From: Podarcis vaucheri
Lineage: Eukaryota
Direction: 5' to 3' (one strand)
DNA: 64,000 bases
NCBI GenBank assembly: GCA_965113315.1
Contig: OZ220364.1
The notes below the pieces were generated by a model that was given only the letters and a program-made list of their open reading frames with translations, was not told where the DNA came from and made no database searches. Both the position numbers and the translations under genes were made by a program. Numbering within the stretch: the first letter of the stretch is position 1; each line of letters opens with the position of its first letter. Shown here piece after piece: positions 37,242-64,000 of this stretch.

Positions 37242-38959
37242 CTGCAGGATTAAAGAATGAGGTGATGAGACGAGGACAGAATTGACACACATACCCACAT
37301 GCACAGTTTAGTTCAAACATGCAGTTTTCCCTATGCTTTCATATACAAGATGATACAGAGGACTTGTGAACTGGCTGTTAGTTTCAGTGTAAAGCTTTCC
37401 TCTTTCCATGAAGAGACCAGTCTTCTCTTATAGCTGGTTTCAATTCTGACCTTCTCACTTGAGATATCCTTTATATTTGGGAGATATCATAGGTCACTTA
37501 ACACGCCAACACAAAACATCACTGCTAGTGTCTGAAGATTGGATGGTCATCTAGCCAACAGACATGTCATCATCTCAAGTCTAGAACTCACTGTCGAGCA
37601 AGCCCTACTTCCCTCCTCATTTTCCTTGACCAAGTTTGTGGCCTGTCAAGAGAGGGTGGGCATGGCTAGACTAGAGATTAAAGGTTAGCATAATTTGCAT
37701 CTCTGACCTTGCAATATCAGCGTGACCATCACTGCAAGCCATGTGTAGGGGTGTCCAGCCGTCCTCATCTTTCTGATTGATGTCAGCACCATATTTTACC
37801 AACAGTTTGACGCAATCAAGGTTCCCAGAAAGCACAGCTTCATGGAGGGCAGCCATACCTAATGGGAGAAGGTAATGCATCAGCCACAACCTGCAAATCT
37901 TAGGAAAACATCCCACAAAAAGGGAGTTGTGCTAATATGCTTGAGACAGTGGGGAGGAGTTGTCTGGAAGCAAAATGCATCTTTTTTTTCTCAGAAAACT
38001 AGACCAGGGCCTTAACATTTTTTAGATTGCATTATCTTATAAATGTTGGGGAAATGGCACACAGAGGGGACAATTTTTGGCCCACCAGGTTCTTTGCATA
38101 GAGAAAAAGAATATTATTTTAACCAAGGCTGAGTGAGTTCCAGAAACTTATTTGGGGAATTAAGTAAGCAGTTTGTAAGAAAAGCACCTCGATCAAGGCT
38201 TCTATGACCTTCTGTATTACTGAGTCAACGTTATGAAAGTCTAAGTGTGATGGAAGTCGGTAAGAAGCAAACACACTCTAACAATCGACTGGGCCATAGT
38301 AGCTGTAACTGTTGAAATTTCTGTGACTACTGGATTTCTTTTTTAAGTGCAGCCTTTCATGCTGAGATCATAGCTGGGGGAAACGGCTCAAAGAAACACT
38401 GATTCAGCTTTACGGCTGGGCATGAAGCTGCTCTGTTCATCCTGCCACTGGATATATTGTTCTGCTCTCAACTCAGCAGCCATATTTTATTCACACAGGA
38501 ACAAGCTGCATTAGCAGATTAGTAAAGGGATTTATATTTTCTCAGAGAGTGCGCTGTACATTGGCATAGTTTTCTTAGCATCTATCACCTTAGAATCTGT
38601 TCAATACCCAAGTGTCTAGCTAAAGGATTTCAGGTGACATAGCTCCCTATATTGATGTAAGTGTTAGAGGGAAAAACATGACCTAGTTTGTAACACACAG
38701 CCTGACTTTGGGATTAGGCATCTGCTAGTGCTTAGGCTTATTCAACCACCCTTCAGTTAGGTTCACCCACGTCCTACTTACCTGAGGGGTAGATAGTGTC
38801 CAAGGTGACCTTCCTGGCACGGATGAAACGGCCCACCTGCTCCAGGTCGCTCTGCCTAATATGGTCCAGGAAGAGAACGTCATTGGGGAAACGCACAGTT
38901 TTCAGGCCTCGTGTATATCGCCTATACCTGGGAAGTGAGTCTGGGTAGTAATACTTCAT
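37118..38959 (-). CDS. PPP1R27: Protein phosphatase 1 regulatory subunit 27 (DYSFIP1), complete, 150 aa; complement(join(38782-38959,37708-37858,37118-37241))
   Basis: 453-nt spliced CDS; RVxF motif KTVRF followed by PNDVLFLDHIRQ; ankyrin repeats GMAALHEAVLSGNLDCVKLLVKYGAD and GWTPLHMACSDG; C-terminus PSDLIDPEYKELVELFK. Confidence 0.96.
37708..37858 (-). CDS. PPP1R27: PPP1R27 exon 2 (151 bp)
   Basis: cattag|GT...GCAAG|gtcag; ankyrin repeats. Confidence 0.95.
38782..38959 (-). CDS. PPP1R27: PPP1R27 exon 1, coding part
   Basis: gccacaATG...TCAG|gtaag; MKYYYPDSLPRYRRYTRGLKTVRFPNDVLFLDHIRQ...IYPS. Confidence 0.92.
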
Positions 38960-39227
38960 TGTGGCAGAGGTAGAAGGAAGAGCAAGAGACCAGCGAGACA
39001 GGACTGAAAAATGGTGTTGATGAATAATAATAAAAAGCACACGGCAACCCAGACGACTTTGAAGTGCCTTGAGACCCAAAGGATTCTCTTCTCTGTAACG
39101 CTTGCACCTGAAAGACTGGTGGGATGTTAGCTAGGATTTCTGCTCCTGACGGGACTTCCTTAGAAAACACTGAGCATGTGTGGGTGATCTCCTGTTGAGG
39201 ACTGACTATTTCCAGCGGTGTCTCCTG

Positions 39228-39256
39228 TTATATATCTTCCCCATGGCTATTTTGAG
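39228..39256 (-). promoter_or_regulatory. PPP1R27 core promoter: TATA box plus MEF2-like site
   Basis: TATATAA (39228-39234, - strand) with CTCAAAATAG (one mismatch to MEF2 CTAAAAATAG) just upstream; ~270 nt before the ATG; gene is muscle-enriched in other vertebrates. Confidence 0.55.
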
Positions 39257-41669
39257 GATATTCCGCTCATGCTATTTGCCATGAGATTTGGTAACTGAGC
39301 TGCCCTGCCCTCCGGCCTCCCCCTTTTGAATATAAGTCAGGGTTTCAATTTACATCCCACCTGTCAATGTGCAATAGTTAATGGGTCAAGCTTGCTCCAC
39401 AATCGGTATGTGTAGCTCCCAGAACCCAGCAGCCCCAGATTCTGCAAACCACTGTTTGCAAAGCCCACTGTTAGCCCTGCTTTCTGGAACCTCTTGGCAA
39501 CCTTTGTGGGTTTTCCAGAATATAAACAGGAGAGAAATGCACGGAACTTCAGTTCTACACTGAAGTTCCGTTCAAATTGTGCAGATAGCAAAACTTCAAA
39601 ATTTACATCTTTTAAAGGAAACTATGCATTTCCTCAAGTTGTATAACTCTAACTTGCTGCATTTGTTGCATCTCGAGTTTTGAATAAGCAAGAATATTAC
39701 CCAAACTACCGTATGTGGTGAAAATGGTGGAAACTATGAATGTATGCATTTCCTCTTTTCGAAAACATCAATGCATTTCCACCAATTTCCCACTTCAAGT
39801 GCTGCCATCTCACAGAATGAAACTGGGCTCAGATCCCAAACGTAACAGCAAAGGGTTGTATCCCATCAGGTAGACACCTTGTTAGCCACTCTGATTAACT
39901 TCAGTGTGTCTCCTCCATTATGACTGGCACTGGATATAACCCTACGTACCCTAGAAAGGCATCTCCCAACCTTGGAAACTTTTCTTTCTTCAATCAGCCA
40001 GCTGATTCCAGAAGTAACCGGCTCAGGACAGAATGGCCATTCCCAATGATATCTGTGCTCCTGCCCCTTTAGAACTGGCCACCAACCAAAAAGCATCCAC
40101 ACCAGAGCAGCCTGATGAGAAGAGGTTTATCTTCCCTCTCTTCCTGAAAAAATATGCCAAGTGTCTGACTCTGTAAAAATAAACTAGAATAAACTACTTT
40201 CCTTGGGTACCTCAGCAGGCACTGGATGGTAAACAGTGCAACTGCAAGGAGCAGTAATGAGACATCCCACAGCTCTGCTTTTGTTATTCTGGGTTTTGTA
40301 AGGAACCCCCTGTTTACAGACACTGTGACAATGAATAAAAGCATGTCCCATTTGCCTTTGATATTACAAAGCATGAGAACACTACACAATGAGATCAGGA
40401 TGAGCAAATTACTGGGCTAGAAACTGGCTTTTCATCTCAGAATGAAGGCAGCTAAAACCAAGAACCCAAAGACCCATAGCGGGCATGGAGGCCTTATTTC
40501 ATAAACTAGGCAGACATGGAGCCCTTTTCATATATAGAACTTGAGATGCAGGTATTCCTCATAGCAATGATTTGAAAGTTTGCCTTCTGCAGCTTGAAAT
40601 GAGAGACATCCTGCTAGTGTCAGAAACTAAAGTGACATATTGGGCAGGGGACCAATGCTGTCACACAACTCCCCCTGCCTATGGGCCCAACCCTCGGCTC
40701 TTACCTAGCCTTGGATCAGTGTACATTTTACACTGTCATTTGAATACTGCCAAACACATTTGTGCATATTTGCATATATATATTTAATTTTGCTGTAGAA
40801 AGCCATTTGAAACAATCTACAAAGCAGACCCTATTTTTGGAGGTCCTAGCTTGCCTGGCATCCCAGCTGAGCAGAGCGAGAAAACAGCCCCGCAAACAAG
40901 GTCTCCTGCCTTCCCTTCAATCAGCATGCAGCAACTTGTTTTCCTTTGCTAGGGCTGCTGTCGCTCCCCATCATGTGACAGAATTACATATTTGCTTACA
41001 GAAATATTTTTCAGCAGAAGCAGCCAGCAAGCACAACACCTGTCAGGATTCTGTGCATATGACAGGTAATAGCTGTTCAGTATATGCGTCTTTGTACACC
41101 ATTTCTTGGAACGAGAGGGAATTAAAAGCTTCCTGACCTTTAGAATGTTTTCTACACTGAGAATCCTCAACTTGCCCAATGGCTCTGTCCTTTGGCAGGC
41201 TGGGCAAGGTTCTTCTGCACACACAGGATTGGGCAACAGTATCCAAGTACTGCTTTCTGGTAATGACCTAGCAGGTGAGAGAAGAACTACAGAAATAAGG
41301 TGCTTCCAAGACCCCAACCCTCTGAGTTGTTCCAGAGCACAATGTTCAATGATGATACTAAATGTCTCAGAGATCAAGAAGAATTCACAGGGTTGCAGGG
41401 TTTCTCTCCCAATAAAAGTGATCAGTCAGGGTGACCAAACCTGTTTTTGTAGTAAAGCAGCCTGAAAACAATTCTGAAATTGGTCTAGGAGCGATCATAT
41501 CAATTTCCCTATCTTGCCATTTTAAAAATGAAACTAGGGCCTCAACAGAAGCAACAGCCATGCTGCTTGAAAAATCCCCCAGATCATTCAGAAATACATC
41601 CGATTTGATCTCTCTCTTGGGTCAATGGGGTGATAATCACCACCAGATCCTTCCCCAATCACTCAGTAG

Positions 41670-42200
41670 CAAAGGTGATGTTTAGGGCATGACCACCAGT
41701 ATGTGTTGGGTGCACAATTTATTGAGACAGCTCTATGGTACCCATGAAATTCCAAGCAGGCCTAGGCACAACAGGCCCTGCGTGGATCTTGAAGTCCCTC
41801 AGCACTAACGTTCTGAAATTCTTCACCAAGTCAGGCAGGTGGGTGGACAGGACACCAACCACATCCCTGTCCTGTATCTGCCACCCAACAGAGGTACAAA
41901 CCCTCACATCCAGCTCCCAGGTGGGCTGGCCCTTCTGGCACGAATGATGAAATTTAATGCAGCAACCACTACATCCCTTCCCTGTTGCTCCAGTCTTGCC
42001 TGATACTGCACCAAATACCCAGATAGGCAACACAAGCTAAGGTCAGGGCCCTCCAATCCACCTACCCATATTTCAGTTATGCGCACAAGATCAGTCATCT
42101 CACCCATGATCAGATCATAGGCGAGTTGTTTTGCCTGGCATTAAGCAACAGCACTGGACAGGTAAGCATGGATACCCAGTTCTCTGTTGTGGAGGTGGCT
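41670..42200 (-). mobile_element. L2-clade LINE ORF2 endonuclease-domain fragment, decayed
   Basis: Peptides LLLNAR, DLVRITEIWVG...GYLVQYQAR, LVLRDFKIHA resemble APE motifs (NAR, TETW, GDFNIH). Confidence 0.65.
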
Positions 42201-44020
42201 GACCATGGATGACAGACTTATAACAGAAAAGGACCAACAGGTGCAGTAGTTCCACTTAACTCAAAGCTCAAGTGATGACAGGTACGATACTGCTTTAGAA
42301 AGCACTCTTCAGTTATGGGATTTTAAGCACATTGTTGCAATGGAGCTACCAAACTGCCCAAGTAGCTTGGGGCACTTTTCAGAACATGAAATGCCTTTGG
42401 ACTTGCTATCCAAATTCAGACCTAGAAACTGCATTAGCATCCTCACAATCTTGCCATTGTACTGCAGACTAGAGGGTTGCATGTATTAGTTTTGCCTCTG
42501 CAGGCCGAGTCCCAGCGCTTTAAAACTCTACTATATGAGCCCTTGCCATGTTGGCTGAATACAACAAATCCACTGGACATGGGGGTATCTGCTCGCTCCC
42601 TCTTTACATAAAGAGTAAATTCCTAGCATACGCAACCACAAAGATATGCTTGAAAGGTGAAATCTCAGAAGCCAGAGCTGAGTAAGGTCTCTAGAAGCCA
42701 GGGGAAGAGACTCAAGCCTTGAGGAGCTTCTTGATGCTGCCCAGGATGAATAAAAGAATTATGCAGCGTATGTGGTCATACTAAGTTGCCTAACTTGTCT
42801 AATTTATGTGGGTTACGGAGGTCAGGTGACGCAGAATGCAGCTCAGCTTACAGGGGACTGACCATCCGGGAGCACTATTACACCAGGGTTCCTATCCTGC
42901 ACACCATTCAAAGAGTTGGCCATGACGTACAAAGCCCTTTAAATAACTTGGTCCTTACATAACTTGCAGGTCACCCTCTCCCTTAAGAGGAAGCACTTGC
43001 CTTTTTTTTTTTTTAATCATCCCATCTACTTCAGCAGACATTAGGCACCTACTCTACCACTTACAGAATTCCTTCCCTGTAAAGCTTTGGAAGATAGTTT
43101 GGTAGTTTGAAATGCCTCTCAAGATGAATTTAGTTTAAGAGTGGGGAGAGAAACATCCATTTTGTATTATTTGTATTACAGGCTCTGCCAGGAGCCTATA
43201 ACAGATACAAATTTGGGTTGCTCCTGAATTTTACCCTTTCGGTCAATAATGTAGACATTCCTCAGTCTCAAAAGGTACAAGCAAGCCGTTAGGGCTCTGA
43301 AAGATCAAGCTACTGTGCCTTTAACAGCCTTCAAGAGGATGTTGGAAGGGTCTGTCACTTCTTACAGAGGCATGGTTTCTCATATCTAATTCTGTTGGGA
43401 GTGACATTCTGTTCCACATCTGTTCTTAGAACCATGTTGGAAGTAGATCTAGGAAAGGAAATTTGCCAACACTCATGGGAGTTCTCCTGGTCTTCTAAAC
43501 TATTCACCTACCTCCTCTAGCATCCAGTAAAATTCAATTAAAATGTACAGATGAGTGAAACTAACACAGTGCTACTATTCCAGAAGAGGTGCCAAACTTA
43601 CTATGAACGCCTCCCTTGGTTCTCTTATAATGGCAATGGTGCCTACCTGAGAGGTGCCAGAACAGTTCCAGCTGAAAAGCCCTGGAACTATACCCTAGTG
43701 AAAATGTCACAAATCTTGTGAACACCCAAATCCTTCTGCTGGAGGCACTGTGAGGAATGTGGCACTTATATCCATCCTTTGTGCCTTTGCTCAGCTGTAA
43801 AATCTATCTGGATACAAGTACTATAGAAGATGGGTGTGATAATTCATGGCCCAGTTTTAGGCTTTTCATGTTCTGAACAAACCAATAATCTCCTTCCAAA
43901 AGAGCTAGTTATCTTTATGCTGGTAGCCGTAACACTGAGTATAACCCAGAACTGATTTTTTTGGGGGGGCGGGCAGGCTTGAAAATGTGGTGTAAGTCCA
44001 TTTTTTACTGCAGTTTTTGA

Positions 44021-44248
44021 CCAACTAAGTTAGTTCTTGGTATAAGCTTTCGTGTGCATGCACACTTATGGTATAAGCATGCAAGCTTATACCAAGAACT
44101 AACTTAGTTGGTCTTTAAGGTGTGGTATCTGAAGTGTGCATGCACACGAAAGCTTATACCAAGAACTAACTTAGTTGGTCTTTAAGGTGCTACAGGAAGG
44201 AATTTTTTTATTTTGACTATGGCAGACCAACACGGCTACCTATCTGTA
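44021..44248 (+). mobile_element. Penelope-like element fragment with inverted 5' segment
   Basis: 14-bp TSD ACTGCAGTTTTTGA (44007-44020, 44249-44262); direct plus inverted partial copies; hammerhead-like motif at 44123-44161. Confidence 0.75.
44123..44161 (+). ncRNA. Degenerate minimal type I hammerhead ribozyme motif
   Basis: Stem I TGGTAT/ATACCA; CTGAAG (A9 missing from CUGANGA); stem II GTGTGC-AT-GCACAC; GAAA-GC-TT before ATACCA. Confidence 0.55.
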
Positions 44249-45214
44249 ACTGCAGTTTTTGAAACATTCACACATCATTTAAAAGTGCAAAAAGGCAAAT
44301 CTGGTCTTCAAGATTCTGCAGCTGTATGCTAGCCATTTTTAGCTCCCATGTCTGGTACGCCCCATTAAGCTCAGGTACCAAGCCACAAAGTTTTTGCTTA
44401 GAACTATATGTAAATATTTCCTCTTCTTTCTTTCCCCCTCTTCAAAAATAAATATGATCTATTACTATACTGTCTCCTTCTGCCATAATTTACATTCTAT
44501 TACCAGATAGAATTCCCAATTTTCCAGGGACACAGCCTGCTGTACCACCTTATTCAGTAGTACATACAGACCGAGCTCATCTCCTGAGTTATAGCAATTA
44601 AGTGGAAGTGGAGAGAGTAAGGTCCCCCTCACTTGACTCTGTACATTTCCTGGAAGGTTGCATCTAGGGTTCCCCACCCCACCCCTACAAGTACAGTTTT
44701 GCACACAGCTGAATGCAGATAAAACAATTCAAGCATTTTTTGATGTAATCAATGTTTAAATGTAGATTAGTTTTTTTATTATCTATGAACGGTTTGTATC
44801 ATTCTATATTCCGTACTTAGTAGGTAATTTCCCACTACTGCCATTTTTCTTTAAGGTTTTGCTACCATATAGCATAAATCCACCCTCCAAATACTTGCTA
44901 TTGGACTTTCATAAGCTGAAGTCAAAACAGCCAAAGATGAAAGTGATAGCATACCTCTGGAGAGTACCATGTTCGCTTCCCATGGAACATCCTGTTCTTC
45001 AGATACTGAAACCTAAAGCAATACTTGAACAAAGTTACTTTGTTCAAATGTGCATTTGTGCAAAACAGATTTGAATTCTATAGTAAGAACATGCAAAAGG
45101 CTGGACATAAGTTTCCCCCAGGAGGGGGGAATATTTATCATGCAAGCAAGTTTCAGCAACAGAAAAACCTTAAATCCACTTTCATCCCTCCTGGCCTAGA
45201 TGAGAAAAGAGTTC

Positions 45215-45511
45215 TCATAGAATCATAGAGTTGGAAGAGACCACAAGGGCCATCGAGTCCAACCCCCTGCCAAGCAGGAAACACCATCAGAGCACTCCTG
45301 ACATATGGTTGTCAAGCCTCTGCTTAAAGACCTCCAAAGGAGGAGACTCCACCACACTCCTTGGCAGCAAATTCCACTGTCGAACAGCTCTTACTGTCAG
45401 GAAGTTCTTCCTAATGTTTAGGTGGAATCTTCTTTCTTGTAGTTTGGATCCATTGCTCCGTGTCTGCTTCTCTGGAGCAGCAGAAAACAACCTTTCTCCC
45501 TCCTCTAAACC
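45215..45511 (-). mobile_element. Young 5'-truncated CR1 LINE
   Basis: Intact ORF2 C-terminus LFSAAPEKQTRSNGSKLQERRFHLNIRKNFLTVRAVRQWNLLPRSVVESPPLEVFKQRLD; (ATTCTATG)n tail; 7-bp TSD AGAGTTC (45208-45214, 45512-45518). Confidence 0.9.
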
Positions 45512-45560
45512 AGAGTTCAAACAAAACAGCCAGATACACAATATAGTATTAAAATCAACT

Positions 45561-45566
45561 TTTATT
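45561..45566 (-). terminator. Candidate P4HB polyadenylation signal
   Basis: AATAAA ~950 nt after the stop, followed on the - strand by a GU-rich tract (ttgtgtatctggctgttttgtttg). Confidence 0.7.
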
Positions 45567-46511
45567 TGGCCAATGAGTTCCATACCTTTTAGCATCATAG
45601 ACGCTCCAAACTAATTCCAATTCTGTCAACATACATTCTTGTCCTCCCATCACTCCTTGGCTCTCAAGTACCCCCACAAAAAAACCTAGTTATTGAGTGT
45701 CCTTTTTGTTTCATTCTGGCAGGCCCCTTCCCAAACAGCTCTGTAAATGCCTGGGAGACCCATTCACAAAGCAAATGCGTAAAGAGCAAGTTGTATTGTT
45801 TGTTCAGGGGGCAAGGTCGCAACACCAGTTAAGGTTTTGCCTCAGGAGTAATTGGGTCCTTTCCCCCTCAAGGACAGTCTTTATGCCATCCTAATCTTTG
45901 GAAGAGAGAGATACATATACTGTTCAGCATAAAAGGGAAGCAAGACCATGCAATGAGTTAAGAGGACCTGCTCATTTCCCTTTCCACTGCCACCACCGTG
46001 GTCAGCCCAGTAGGTTCCTCCACACCGGAGCAGCCCAAAAAGAAATAGGAATTGAAAAACAGCCGAGACAGTATTCAAGACCCTGCTGGGCCAACAGCAG
46101 CTTATGACATTTGGACAAGTGTGAGTAAGTTTTAAGGCGGCATTACTGGTGAGGCTCCAAAGTGAGTTAGGCAATGGGACATGTTGCCGTTTCAATCTGC
46201 TTCTACCCAGATCACAGAACACTCTAGGAAAAGAAAATGTACATCACAGTGTGTAAAGGAGGGGGGGAAAGAGAAGACCCAGCAGGGCTGGCTACCTAGG
46301 CAGATCCCTCTTCCAAACTGAAAATAATAATAATAAAAATTAAGTAGAGGAATCAGTTGACAGACAAGTTAGGGTGAAGGGTTACTTTAGACCATTCCCT
46401 GTACTCTCAGACAGCATCTGCCTTCTGGTTCAAGTTGGTTCTGGACTTGCTTAACTGCATGAAGTGGCAGCCACAGTGTAGTGTCTGGGGATATGCAGAT
46501 TGGACTTGTCT

Positions 46512-63915
<17,404 letters not shown>

Positions 63916-64000
63916 CTGAAAAAGAGAAGTACTTAGTATCAAAGCAATTACTGTGCAACCCTCCAACACTGATACTTTCTATCAACAGGAAATCACCCAC

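Overview
Vertebrate genomic DNA, almost certainly a squamate and probably a lacertid lizard, judged from the Sauria-type SINE and the CR1/L2/RTE/Penelope/MITE repertoire. The six-frame ORF track is mostly noise here because the genes are spliced. Exon reconstruction by hand gives four genes in the order known from human 17q25.3. GCGR is on +, with its last 10 coding exons at 916-13043 and its 5' exons before the window. MCRIP1/FAM195B is on -, complete, 97 aa, with a CpG-island promoter near 34 kb. PPP1R27 is on -, complete, 150 aa. P4HB/PDI is on -, exons 2-11, ending KDEL, with exon 1 beyond the window. All reconstructed introns are GT-AG and phase-consistent. No prokaryote-type system (CRISPR, operon, rRNA/tRNA gene) is present, and I cannot support a new protein-coding system. 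The most interesting non-genic signals are: a Penelope-like insertion with a degenerate hammerhead ribozyme and a 49-bp inverted repeat; a SINE with a 68-bp target duplication; a 24-bp minisatellite open on both strands in P4HB intron 2; a fossil hAT transposase in P4HB intron 10; a MITE carrying NRF1+ETS motifs; and tandem RFX X-boxes in the MCRIP1 promoter. Family assignments and human exon sizes are from memory; no search was run.
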